Below are positions 26,852 to 36,449 of a DNA stretch of 45,400 nt, piece after piece; position 1 is the stretch's first letter, and every line of letters begins with the position of its first letter. Location of the stretch: the NCBI GenBank assembly GCA_964657885.1, contig CAZZWO010000003.1, positions 1 through 45,400 of the forward strand. Direction: 5' to 3'. The DNA comes from an uncultured Acetobacteraceae bacterium (lineage in GTDB: Bacteria > Pseudomonadota > Alphaproteobacteria > Acetobacterales > Acetobacteraceae). The notes beneath the pieces are model-generated. The model did no database searches and was not told where the DNA came from. It saw only the letters and a program-made list of their open reading frames with translations. The translations under genes were made by a program, and so were the position numbers.

Positions 26852-27050
26852 GGGCTATAAGATGGACGCGTACTCGCTGTTGCGAAAGGCTTGATGTAGC
26901 CTAAGGACCACGCCGCCTGAGTGTTCTTTGGATCGGACGGCCTCGGGACGGTGCCAAAGGCCAAGGAAGGCCTTGTCGGCCTGGAACAGAGTTGCGGACA
27001 CAGCATCCGGTTGTATGCATCGTTGCAGCACCGGACGGGGAGAAGCAAGC

Positions 27051-27770
27051 ATGACGGTATCGGAAAAACCCCGCAGCACGGTGCGCCGGCCGGCCAGCCC
27101 GCCCGGGACCCAGGCGACGCTGGTCATCAGCAGCCGCAACTATTCCTCGTGGTCGCTGCGCGGATGGCTGCTGTTGCGCCTGTCCGGCCTGCCGTTCACC
27201 ACGCAACGCGTGTCCAATGACGACGCCGTGGCGCGCGCCGAGCTGCTTCTGCAGACCAGCTCCATCCGCATCCCGTCGCTGGAGCACGATGGTGTGCATG
27301 TCTGGGACGTGCTCGCGATTGCCGAGTACCTGAACGAGGTGCGTCCGGACGCCGGCCTGCTGCCCGACGACATCGCCGCGCGTGCGCATTGCCGTGCCAT
27401 CAGCGGCGAGATGCATGGCGGGTTCGCGGCGCTGCGCGCGGCCCTGCCGGTCAACCTGCACGCGTTCCGGCCGAACTTCCCGGTCTGGTCCGGCGTGCGG
27501 GCGGACATCGAACGCATCAGCGAGATCTGGCGGGAATGCCTCGCCACCTATGGCGGCCCATACCTGTTCGGCGCCCGCATGGGGATGGCGGACGCCATGT
27601 TCGCCCCTGTCTGCACGCGGTTCACCACCTACGACGTCGATCTGGACCCGATCTGCGAGGCCTACCGCGACCGCATCAACGGCCGCCCTGAAATGGTCGA
27701 GTGGATCGCCGAAGCGCGGCTGGAGCCGGAGCTGGTGTCCGAGCTCGAAGTGGTGGACGGGGAGTTCTAG
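27051..27770 (+). CDS. Glutathione S-transferase family protein
   Basis: SSRNYSSWSLRGWL, IP.L, WD.LAIAEYL, EMHGGF and ADAMFAPV. GGGGAG before ATG 27051. Confidence 0.9.
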   Translation: MTVSEKPRSTVRRPASPPGTQATLVISSRNYSSWSLRGWLLLRLSGLPFTTQRVSNDDAVARAELLLQTSSIRIPSLEHDGVHVWDVLAIAEYLNEVRPDAGLLPDDIAARAHCRAISGEMHGGFAALRAALPVNLHAFRPNFPVWSGVRADIERISEIWRECLATYGGPYLFGARMGMADAMFAPVCTRFTTYDVDLDPICEAYRDRINGRPEMVEWIAEARLEPELVSELEVVDGEF

Positions 27771-27795
27771 CGCGGGGTCGAGCCCGCCGGGCGCC

Positions 27796-30522
27796 ATGAA
27801 ACCCACGAACCCCGCCGACACGGCCGAGGGCGCGAGGCTGCGCGCCGTCGCGACCGAGGGCTGGCATAAATGGGGTCCGTATCTGAGCGAGCGCCAATGG
27901 GGCACGGTTCGCGAGGATTACAGCGCCACGGGCGAGGCGTGGGAGTATTTCCCGCACGATCACGCGCGGTCGCGGGCTTACCGGTGGGGCGAGGACGGCA
28001 TTGCCGGCTTCAGCGACGAACGCCAGTTGTGGTGCCTGGCGCTGGGGCTTTGGAATGGCCGCGACCCTATCATCAAGGAACGCATGTTCGGGCTCACGAA
28101 CAGCGAGGGCAATCACGGCGAAGACGTCAAGGAGCTTTGGTGGTACCTCGATGCCACGCCTACGCACTCCTACATGCGGCAACTCTATAAGTACCCGCAG
28201 GCCGAATTTCCGTACGCCGAGCTGCTGAACGAGAACGGCCGGCGGAAAGGGCGTAACCTGCCGGAATACGAGATCGCCGACACCGGAGTTTTCCGCGAGG
28301 ACCGTTATTTCGACGTGACCGTCGAATACGCCAAGGCGGCGGCGCGCGACATCCTGATGCGGGTGACGGTGACGAACCACGGCCCGGACGCTTCCGAGTT
28401 GCACATATTCCCGCAGCTTTGGGCGAGGAACACCTGGTCATGGCAGGAGAACTCCGTCCGGCCACAGCTTCGGCTGGATGGGTCCGGAACGGTGGTCGCG
28501 ACCCGCCCGGGCGCTGTCCCGATGCGGTTTTCCGCGCTGCAGCCGGTGAAGTTCCTGTTTTGCGAGAACGACACGAACGTGCGCCGGCTGTTCGGCATGG
28601 ATGCGCCCGGCTTCTTCAAGGACGGCATCAACGATCATCTGGTTCATCGTGCCGACGATGCGGTCAATCCGCTGAACGAAGGGACCAAATGCGCGGCCCA
28701 TTGCACGACGCTTCTGGGTCCGGGTGAGACCGTCATATTGCGATATCGCATGGCGCCGGCCGCCGCGAGGCCGATCGAGGCCGCCGCTTACGATTCGCTG
28801 TTCACCGACCGCATCACTGAAGCCGACGAATACTACAACGCGATCCAGTGCGGCATTGCGGACCCGGATGCACGCGCGGTGCAGCGGCAGGCTTTGGCCG
28901 GCATGTTGTGGTCCAAGCAGTACTACCATTTCGATGTGCGGCGCTGGCTGGCCGGCGACCCGGCGCAACCCACGCCACCCGCCGCGCGGCGCACCGGACG
29001 CGATAGCGGCTGGGCGCACCTCAACAATGCCGATATCGTGTCGATGCCGGACAAGTGGGAATACCCATGGTATGCGGCGTGGGACCTGGCGTTCCACTGC
29101 GTCACCCTGGCGCTGGTGGATGCCGCGTTCGCCAAGGGCCAGCTGATCTTGCTGACGCGCGAATGGTACATGCATCCGAACGGCCAGCTGCCTGCTTACG
29201 AGTGGGCGTTCAGCGACGTGAACCCGCCGGTACATGCCTGGGCAGCCCTGCGGGTTTATCAGATGGACGAGGCGCAGACCGGCACCGGGGATCGCGCGTT
29301 TCTCGAGCGCGTCTTCCACAAGCTGATGCTGAACTTCACCTGGTGGGTGAACCGCAAGGATGTGGACGGGAAGAATGTGTTCCAGGGCGGGTTCCTGGGG
29401 CTCGACAACATCGGCGTGTTCGACCGGTCGAAACCGCTGCCGACCGGCGGCACGATGAGCCAGGCCGACGGTACGGCATGGATGGCGATGTACTCGCTCA
29501 ACCTCATGCGAATCGCGCTGGAGCTCGCCGTCGCCGACCCGGTTTACGAGGACATCGCGACCAAGTTCTTCGAGCATTTCCTGTATATCGCAGGCGCCAT
29601 GACGAATGTCGGCGATGTCGAGGGCGAGACGCCGATCGGGCTGTGGGACGAGCGTGACCAGTTTTACTACGACATCCTCAACCTGCCGGATGGAACGCGG
29701 GTGCCCTTGCGCGTGCGGTCGCTGGTCGGCCTGATCCCGCTCTGTGCAGTGGAAGTGCTCGACGGCACGGTAATGGAGAAGTTCCCGGCCTTTGCCGAAC
29801 GTGCGCGCTGGATGCTGGCTCATCGCGCGGACCTGGCAGGCCTTGTTTCGCGATGGGGTGAGACGGGGAAGAAAAACCGGCTGCTGTTGTCCCTGCTCCG
29901 GCGTCACCGGATGAAGGCTTTGCTCCGCCGGATGCTGGATGAAACCGAATTCCTGTCCGATCACGGCATCCGTTCGGTTTCCAAGGCGCATGGTGCCGCA
30001 CCCTTCGTCTTCGAGGCCGATGGGACGCAATTCGCCGTGGACTACGAACCGGGCGAGTCGATGACGACGGTGTTCGGCGGCAACTCCAACTGGCGTGGGC
30101 CGATCTGGATGCCGATCAACTACCTGCTGATCGACTCGCTTTACGAATACGAGAAGTTCTACGATCCTGACTTCAAGATCGAATGCCCGACCGGATCCGG
30201 CATCTACCTGGACCTTTCACAAATCGCCGCGGAGCTCAGCAGGAGGCTCGCATCCCTGTTTCTGAAGGACGCTGGCGGCAGGCGGCCGGTTCTGGGCGCC
30301 GAACCGCTGTATGAACGAGCGGAGTTTCGCGACCACGTTCCGTTTTACGAGTATTTCAACGGCGATACCGGCGCCGGACATGGCGCAATGCATCAGACGG
30401 GCTGGTCGGGGCTTGCAGCCCTGTTGTTGCAGCCCCGTGCGCGCGTGGACGGCTATCTGTCACCCGCAGTGTCCGCGGATCATGTGCCGGCCCAAGCCGA
30501 ACCCGTCAGGCCGTCACGATAA
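27796..30522 (+). CDS. GH63/MGH1-like glycoside hydrolase (glucosidase)
   Basis: WGPYLSERQWGTVREDYS, SMPDKWEYPWYAAWDLAFH, GGFLGLDNIG, NSNWRGPIW and EYF.GDTG.G.GA.HQTGW. ATG 27796; the ORF-track start overlaps the GST. Confidence 0.92.
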   Translation: MKPTNPADTAEGARLRAVATEGWHKWGPYLSERQWGTVREDYSATGEAWEYFPHDHARSRAYRWGEDGIAGFSDERQLWCLALGLWNGRDPIIKERMFGLTNSEGNHGEDVKELWWYLDATPTHSYMRQLYKYPQAEFPYAELLNENGRRKGRNLPEYEIADTGVFREDRYFDVTVEYAKAAARDILMRVTVTNHGPDASELHIFPQLWARNTWSWQENSVRPQLRLDGSGTVVATRPGAVPMRFSALQPVKFLFCENDTNVRRLFGMDAPGFFKDGINDHLVHRADDAVNPLNEGTKCAAHCTTLLGPGETVILRYRMAPAAARPIEAAAYDSLFTDRITEADEYYNAIQCGIADPDARAVQRQALAGMLWSKQYYHFDVRRWLAGDPAQPTPPAARRTGRDSGWAHLNNADIVSMPDKWEYPWYAAWDLAFHCVTLALVDAAFAKGQLILLTREWYMHPNGQLPAYEWAFSDVNPPVHAWAALRVYQMDEAQTGTGDRAFLERVFHKLMLNFTWWVNRKDVDGKNVFQGGFLGLDNIGVFDRSKPLPTGGTMSQADGTAWMAMYSLNLMRIALELAVADPVYEDIATKFFEHFLYIAGAMTNVGDVEGETPIGLWDERDQFYYDILNLPDGTRVPLRVRSLVGLIPLCAVEVLDGTVMEKFPAFAERARWMLAHRADLAGLVSRWGETGKKNRLLLSLLRRHRMKALLRRMLDETEFLSDHGIRSVSKAHGAAPFVFEADGTQFAVDYEPGESMTTVFGGNSNWRGPIWMPINYLLIDSLYEYEKFYDPDFKIECPTGSGIYLDLSQIAAELSRRLASLFLKDAGGRRPVLGAEPLYERAEFRDHVPFYEYFNGDTGAGHGAMHQTGWSGLAALLLQPRARVDGYLSPAVSADHVPAQAEPVRPSR

Positions 30523-30865
30523 AGTCGCCGATCACGGCGAGTGGCCATTTCGTAAGTTGCCCTCCCGCGCAAGGGCCACCGCGACACTCGCCGGTCTCGA
30601 TGTCGAACAGCGCACCGTGCCAGGTGCAGGCGATCAGGTCGCGGGCCGGCGTCAGGTAGTCATCCAAAGTCTGCGCAAGTGGCAAACCCATGTGCGGGCA
30701 GCGATCGACATAGCCCGACACCTCGCCGCCGCGACGCACGACGAAGCCGTGGAAGCGCCCGGCGCGCAGTTGCAGGACGTAGTTCCGCGCGGCGCCGTCG
30801 GGGATGTCGCCGAGCGTGCCGATCTTCACCCCGGCGGGGGTCGATGTCAGCCACTCGACGGTCAT
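30506..30865 (-). CDS. Rieske (2Fe-2S) ferredoxin
   Basis: CPH and CTWHGALF..G.C..GP motifs; ATGA overlap with the fahA stop. Confidence 0.9.
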   Translation of the reverse strand: MTVEWLTSTPAGVKIGTLGDIPDGAARNYVLQLRAGRFHGFVVRRGGEVSGYVDRCPHMGLPLAQTLDDYLTPARDLIACTWHGALFDIETGECRGGPCAGGQLTKWPLAVIGDFIVTA

Positions 30866-32160
30866 TGCGCCGCCCGGATGATGCCGCTGCATGGGCCGAA
30901 CCCGATGGTGACGAAGCCCTCCGCACGCGCCTTGGCAGAGAAGCTGACCTCATCACCATCTTCGAGCGCGGTGCGGTGTTCGCCAGATGGCAGCGACAAT
31001 GGCCTCGCGCCACCCTCGGTCAGCTCCATCAAGCTGCCGTAACCATCCGCCGTCGGCGCGGAGATGGTTCCCGTCCCAAGCAGATCGCCCGGCCGGAGAT
31101 TACAGCCGTTCGATGCGTGATGGGTGACGAGTTGCGCGGCCGTCCAATACATGTTGCTGGCGGCGGCGCGGCTAAGTCGAACCGCTTCCTGGTTGGCGCT
31201 GCGCATTTGCGAAGTGCGTAGATACACGTCGAGGTCCAGAGCATAGGCGCCCAAGCGCTGGTCGGCGTCGTCCCACAGGTACGGCAGGGGGGCCGGATCG
31301 CCGGCGGGGCGCGCCGGCTGCGGGTGGCGGAACGGGAGCAGCGCTTCCGACGTGACGATCCAGGGCGAGATGGTCGTCAGGAAATTCTTGGCGAGGAACG
31401 GGCCGAGCGGCTGGTACTCCCATGCTTGCAGGTCGCGTGCCGACCAGTCGTTCAGGAGGCACAACCCGGCAACATGCGCGTGCGCGTCGCCGGCCGGTAT
31501 GGGCGTGCCGAGCGCGTTCCCCTCACCCACCCAGATGCCGAGCTCGAGCTCGTAATCGAGGCGGCGGCTCGGTGCGAACACAGGCGAGTTGTCGCCTGTG
31601 GATTTCTGTTGCCCATGCGGACGGACCACCGGACGGCCGGACACGCGCACGGATGAGGCGCGGCCGTGATAACCGATGGGAACGTGCTTGTAGTTCGGCA
31701 GCAGAGGATTGTCGGGACGAAACAACCGCCCGATGTTGCGGGCGTGATGGATGCCCGCATAAAAATCCGTGTAGTCGCCGATCGCCGCCGGCAGATGCAT
31801 CACGCAAGCGCTCGCCGGGTGCAGCATTGTTTCGATATGCCCACGGTGCGCCTCGTCCGCGAGCAGGGTGGACAGGGTTCGCCGCAGCGCCTCACGCTCC
31901 GATGCCGGTAGTGCCAGCAGATCATTCAACGTAGCACCGGTCAGCGCCGCCGACGCCTTGTCCGGCAGCAATCCATGGGCCGCCGCCGCGCGCAGATCAA
32001 AGATGTGCCCGCCGATTGCCGTGCCTGCGCGCGGACCTTCGCCAGGATCGAAGATACCGAGCGGCAGGTTCTGGATGGAAAACTCGGCGTGGCCGTTCGC
32101 GTCCGCAACCCAGGACCGGCGCTTCGGATCGTGGGTTTCGTCCACGCGGGCGCGGATCAT
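30862..32160 (-). CDS. fahA: Fumarylacetoacetase
   Basis: [54 protein letters not shown] and [10 protein letters not shown]. Confidence 0.96.
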   Translation of the reverse strand: MIRARVDETHDPKRRSWVADANGHAEFSIQNLPLGIFDPGEGPRAGTAIGGHIFDLRAAAAHGLLPDKASAALTGATLNDLLALPASEREALRRTLSTLLADEAHRGHIETMLHPASACVMHLPAAIGDYTDFYAGIHHARNIGRLFRPDNPLLPNYKHVPIGYHGRASSVRVSGRPVVRPHGQQKSTGDNSPVFAPSRRLDYELELGIWVGEGNALGTPIPAGDAHAHVAGLCLLNDWSARDLQAWEYQPLGPFLAKNFLTTISPWIVTSEALLPFRHPQPARPAGDPAPLPYLWDDADQRLGAYALDLDVYLRTSQMRSANQEAVRLSRAAASNMYWTAAQLVTHHASNGCNLRPGDLLGTGTISAPTADGYGSLMELTEGGARPLSLPSGEHRTALEDGDEVSFSAKARAEGFVTIGFGPCSGIIRAAQ

Positions 32161-33500
32161 CCCGGCAGTTCGGCCTTCCTGAAACCTGCCCAGCAATCGT
32201 CGTAGTCGAGCTGCATCAACGGGCTATCGACAGCGGCACGCGTCGGCCGGATGACGTAACGGCTCTCGACCATGAAGGCCATCGTGTTGTCGATCCGGTG
32301 CGGTTTCAGTCCGGCGGCAACAGCGTTTTCGTAGCTCGCCTGGTCGGGGCCGTGGCCTGCCATCTGGTTGTGCAACGAAGCGCCGCCCGGTGCAAAGCCA
32401 CCGGCTTTGGCATCGTATGCGCCATGGATCAGGCCCATGAACTCGCTCATGACGTTGCGGTGGAACCAGGGCGGCCGGAAGGTATCCTCGGCGACCATCC
32501 AGCGCGGCGGAAAGATCACGAAGTCGCAATTCGCGGTTCCCGGCGTGTCGCTCGGACTTGTCAGCACGGTGAATATGGATGGGTCGGGATGATCGAAACT
32601 GACCGTGTTGATCGTGTTGAAACGACGCAGGTCATAGCGATAAGGTGCGAGGTTGCCATGCCACGCGACCACATCGAACGGGCTGTGATCGAGGGTCGTG
32701 GTCCAGAGCCCACCCTGAAACTTCTGGATGATCTCGGTTGGCTCGTCCCGGTCTTCAAAGACTGCAACAGGCGTTTCGAAATCCCGCGGGTTGGCCAGGC
32801 CATTTGAGCCGATCGGTCCGAGGTCCGGCAGACGGAACAGCGCGCCGTAATTCTCGCAGATGTAGCCGCGCGAGGGCCCGTCCGGCAGCTCAACGGCGAA
32901 ACGCAAACCGCGGGGGATCACCGCAACCTGCTGCGGCTCCACCAGGAAGCGGCCGAGTTCGGTGACGATATCGAGGGCGCCTTGCTGCGGTATGACCAGC
33001 AGCTCGCCATCCGCATTGCCGAATGCGCGGTTCCGCATCGAGACCGTTGCAGCATAACCGTGGACCGCAATGCCGGTGCATGTCCCCGCGTCGCCATTGC
33101 CGCCATAGGTCGTCAGCCCATCGACAAAGTCGACGTCGCCGGCGGGCAACGGAGCCGGATCCCACCGCATGCGGTTGGGCGACGGTGGCACCTCGTCGAA
33201 GGGCGCCGAACGCAACGCCGTGTCCCGTCCATATTTGCGGTAAGCCGGATGGCTCGCGGTCGGACGCAGACGATAGAGCCAGCTCCTGCGGTTTTCCGAA
33301 CGGGGAGCGGTGAACGCCGTGCCGGATAGCTGTTCGGTGTAGAGTCCGAACGGCACATGCTGCGGTGAATTACGACCGACCGGAAGCGCACCTGGAACGG
33401 CCTCCGTCGCAAAATGATTGCCGAACCCCGATAGCATTGTCGTGCCGGTATCTATTGTGCGCACGGTCTCCGGCTCCGGAGCGAAAGGATGGTCGGGCAT
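32157..33500 (-). CDS. hmgA: Homogentisate 1,2-dioxygenase
   Basis: [47 protein letters not shown] and HGPD. Confidence 0.97.
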   Translation of the reverse strand: MPDHPFAPEPETVRTIDTGTTMLSGFGNHFATEAVPGALPVGRNSPQHVPFGLYTEQLSGTAFTAPRSENRRSWLYRLRPTASHPAYRKYGRDTALRSAPFDEVPPSPNRMRWDPAPLPAGDVDFVDGLTTYGGNGDAGTCTGIAVHGYAATVSMRNRAFGNADGELLVIPQQGALDIVTELGRFLVEPQQVAVIPRGLRFAVELPDGPSRGYICENYGALFRLPDLGPIGSNGLANPRDFETPVAVFEDRDEPTEIIQKFQGGLWTTTLDHSPFDVVAWHGNLAPYRYDLRRFNTINTVSFDHPDPSIFTVLTSPSDTPGTANCDFVIFPPRWMVAEDTFRPPWFHRNVMSEFMGLIHGAYDAKAGGFAPGGASLHNQMAGHGPDQASYENAVAAGLKPHRIDNTMAFMVESRYVIRPTRAAVDSPLMQLDYDDCWAGFRKAELPG

Positions 33501-33527
33501 CGGCGCCTCCTGGTCTTGCCGCTCGTC

Positions 33528-34598
33528 TCAGGCATCCACCGTGATCACGCCGCGGCGTATCTGGTCCAATTCGATCGATTCGTACAGCGCCTGGAAATTA
33601 CCGGCGCCAAAACCTTCGTTGCCCTTGCGCTGGATGATCTCGAAGAAGATCGGCCCGAACAGGTTCTCGGTGAAGATCTGCAACAGGATACCCTCACGCT
33701 GCACATCGCCGTCGATCAGGATCCGGTTGCGGCGCAACCTCTCCAGGTCCTCGCCATGCCCGGGGACGCGCTTGTCCACCAGTTCGTAATAGGTCTCGAT
33801 GGTGTCCTGAAGCCTTACGCCGCGGCCGCGAAGCTTTTCGACCGTCGCGAAGATGTCGTTGGTGGACAGGGCAAGATGCTGAATGCCCTCGCCCTTGTAC
33901 TCGCGAAGGAACTCCTCGATCTGGCTGTGCTCGTCCTGGCTTTCGTTCAGCGGAATGCGGATGGCCCCGTCTGGCGCGATCATCGCCTGGCTGAACAGGC
34001 CCGTCGCCTTCCCCTTGATGTCGAAATACTTCTGTTCCTCGAACCCGAAAATCTTCGCGTAGAAGCCCGACCAGGTTCGCATCTCGCCGCGCCGCACATT
34101 GTGCGTAAGGTGATCCAGCAGGTCGAGACCAACGTTGTTTGCGGCTTCGGCTTCTGCGGCGCCAGGCACCGGCGTCCAATCGTCATACAGGCTCCCGCCC
34201 GCACCATGCCGGTCGACCAGGTAAAGGTACGACCCGCCGATACCTTCCAGCACGTAGCTGCCCTCGCCGAGCGTTCCCCGGCCAGCATCGGCTGCACGCC
34301 CCCCACGCGCCAGCGCTGCCTCGAACGCCTCCGCCGCGTCCGCCACGCGGAAGGCCATGCCGCTGGCCGACGCGCCATGTGCTGCGCGGAAATCGGCGGC
34401 CTGTCCCGCCGGCTCGCGGTTCAGAAGAAGGTTGATCCTGCCTTGCTTGTATCGCGTCACCGCCCGGGAAGGGTGCTGCGACGCCGCGACGAACCCCATC
34501 TGGCCGAGCAGCGCGGCCATGCCGTCCGGGTCGGGCGAGGTGAACTCGCAGAATTCGAAGCCATCCAGGCCAAGCGGGTTGGACGCGGCATCGTTCAT
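33528..34598 (-). CDS. hppD: 4-hydroxyphenylpyruvate dioxygenase
   Basis: NPLGLDGFEF, DHLTHNV, IPLNE, QIEEFL, GEGIQHLAL, LLQIFT and FFEIIQRKG..GFGAGNF.AL. Confidence 0.97.
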   Translation of the reverse strand: MNDAASNPLGLDGFEFCEFTSPDPDGMAALLGQMGFVAASQHPSRAVTRYKQGRINLLLNREPAGQAADFRAAHGASASGMAFRVADAAEAFEAALARGGRAADAGRGTLGEGSYVLEGIGGSYLYLVDRHGAGGSLYDDWTPVPGAAEAEAANNVGLDLLDHLTHNVRRGEMRTWSGFYAKIFGFEEQKYFDIKGKATGLFSQAMIAPDGAIRIPLNESQDEHSQIEEFLREYKGEGIQHLALSTNDIFATVEKLRGRGVRLQDTIETYYELVDKRVPGHGEDLERLRRNRILIDGDVQREGILLQIFTENLFGPIFFEIIQRKGNEGFGAGNFQALYESIELDQIRRGVITVDA

Positions 34599-34614
34599 CG
34601 CAGGCCCTCACAAC

Positions 34615-34632
34615 TGGTATCGATTGATACCA
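34615..34632. promoter_or_regulatory. Palindromic operator, probably bound by the adjacent MarR regulator
   Basis: TGGTATC-gatt-GATACCA, downstream of a minus-strand TTGACA (34655-34660) facing hppD. Confidence 0.7.
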
Positions 34633-34701
34633 AATTGGGAGCTTACCCACCCGGTGTCAACGGTTACTATCTTGCACGTGGATCAGCGGTTATCACCGGG
34701 C

Positions 34702-35169
34702 ATGACCAAGCCGCAGCTCAGGCTCGACGACTTCATCCCCTACCGGCTCTCCTTCACGTCAAACCTGGTGAGCGACGCCATCGCCCATGCCTATGAGACG
34801 TTGTTCGACCTGAAGATCCCCGAATGGCGGCTGATCGCGGTGATCGCCGAAAGCGGTGGCGTCACGCAGCAGCAAATCGGCTCCCGCACACGCATGGACA
34901 AGGTGACGGTCAGCCGCGCGGCGATCGCGCTTTACGGCCGCGGGCTGGTGGACAGGATGCCGAACCCGGAGGACCGGCGTTCGCATCTTCTGGTTTTGAG
35001 CCGGTCCGGCCGCGCGCTCTACGCGAAAGTGGCGCCGAAAGCGCTCGAACTCGAGGCGCGGATTTTCGGCGCGTTCCCGCGGGACGAGGTCGCCCGCTTC
35101 GTCGCGATGCTGAGGCGGATCGACGCCATCGCCGGCAAGGAAGCGCCCGAAACGCCCCGAGCAGACTGA
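34702..35169 (+). CDS. MarR-family transcriptional regulator, divergent from hppD
   Basis: L.L..FIPYRL, PEWRLIA, MDKVTVSRA and DRRS motifs. Confidence 0.93.
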   Translation: MTKPQLRLDDFIPYRLSFTSNLVSDAIAHAYETLFDLKIPEWRLIAVIAESGGVTQQQIGSRTRMDKVTVSRAAIALYGRGLVDRMPNPEDRRSHLLVLSRSGRALYAKVAPKALELEARIFGAFPRDEVARFVAMLRRIDAIAGKEAPETPRAD

Positions 35170-35179
35170 CCGCGGCAGC

Positions 35180-35410
35180 TCAGCCGGGCCAGCCCCACCA
35201 CCTTCTGTCGATGACGTGGACCCGGACCGGCATGTCGCCCAACGGTGCCGGACGGTCGAGCAGGGCGCCCGGGTCGGCGAAGCATTCCGCGACGCCGAGC
35301 GTTCGGGTGCAGAACGGCATGGCGATGTCCGGCGTCGAGACGACCAGCCTTGCCCGAGGCCCGCAGCCGGCCAGGCCCAGGCAGAATATCGCGAACCTGA
35401 TCCGCCGCAT
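35180..35410 (-). CDS. Small putative lipoprotein
   Basis: MRRIRFAIFCLGLAG-C lipobox; C-x8-C pair (CTRTLGVAEC); fills the gap between marR and the yfgM-like gene. Confidence 0.55.
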   Translation of the reverse strand: MRRIRFAIFCLGLAGCGPRARLVVSTPDIAMPFCTRTLGVAECFADPGALLDRPAPLGDMPVRVHVIDRRWWGWPG

Positions 35411-35620
35411 GCGTCACCATGCGCCGGCGGGATGAACAAACAGTTTCCAGCGTCCCGCCTGAGCACCGTGCCGTAGCGAACCTGGCCGGACCCTCGGCAG
35501 TGCCAGGGGTTTCCCCGACCCACGCCCGCCGCTATGGTCCGGCGCCATCCGACCCGGCGCTCTTTTCAACCAAGGATCAGCGTGCTGGTCCGGCATCCAT
35601 CCCCTAAGGACCAGCCAGCG

Positions 35621-36442
35621 TTGCCCGATATTTTCGACGAGGTGGAGGAAGATCTCCGGGCCGAACGCGCCCGCGCCCTCGGGCGCCGCTATGCGGGGAC
35701 CGTCGCCGCCCTCATCGTGCTCACGCTCGCGGGCACCGGCGCCTATGTATACTGGCAGCAGCGCAGCCAGCAGGCCGCCGATGCCGTCGCCAGCCGCTTC
35801 ATCACCGCCGCGAAGCTGGCCGACCGCGCCGCCGCGCCCACGCTCGGCGGCGACAAGCCCGACCCGGCGAAGCCCACACCCGAGGCTACGCAGGCACTGC
35901 AGGAGCTGTCGGACATCGCCGCGCACGGTCCTTCCGGCTACCGGGTGCTGGCCCGCCTCCGCCTTGCCGCGCTGCAGTGGCAGACCGGGCAACACAAGGT
36001 GGCGATCGAGTCGTGGCAGGCGGTGTCCGACGATGGCGCGGCACCCGTGCTGCTGCGCGACCTCGCCACCCTGACCAGCGCGCAGCACCAGGTGGATAGC
36101 GGCGATCCGGTGCTGCTGAAGCAGCGGCTGCAAACCCTCACCGCGCCGGACAACCGTTATGCGCCGATGGCCGAACAGGTAATCGCGCTGCTGGACCTGC
36201 GGACCGGCCGCACGCGCGACGCGGCCAACATCATGAACCGCCTGGCAAACGGGCCGATGGTGCCGGAGGGCATCCGCAGCATGGCATCCGACCTGCTCAG
36301 CACGTTGCCTGCCGATGCCACGGCCGAACCGCCGCCTGCGGCCGGTGCCCCGCCTCCAAAGGCTCCGTCGCCCAGGAGCCAGGCGCCCGCCACGCAGAAA
36401 CCGCCGGCCCCGGCGCCGATCGCCCCCGCTTCGCACGGATGA
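35621..36442 (+). CDS. YfgM-like TPR membrane protein
   Basis: DIFDEVEEDLR.ER N-terminus, one transmembrane helix, helical repeats, Pro/Ala-rich tail. TTG start after AAGGA; conserved position before bamB-der. Confidence 0.85.
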   Translation: MPDIFDEVEEDLRAERARALGRRYAGTVAALIVLTLAGTGAYVYWQQRSQQAADAVASRFITAAKLADRAAAPTLGGDKPDPAKPTPEATQALQELSDIAAHGPSGYRVLARLRLAALQWQTGQHKVAIESWQAVSDDGAAPVLLRDLATLTSAQHQVDSGDPVLLKQRLQTLTAPDNRYAPMAEQVIALLDLRTGRTRDAANIMNRLANGPMVPEGIRSMASDLLSTLPADATAEPPPAAGAPPPKAPSPRSQAPATQKPPAPAPIAPASHG

Positions 36443-36449
36443 TCCCAGA

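Noticed and set aside
26852-27050. PhaR-like (TGC..GCA) or EcfG sites between phaZ and the GST
   Set aside because: Matches are short or wrongly spaced and not distinguishable from chance.
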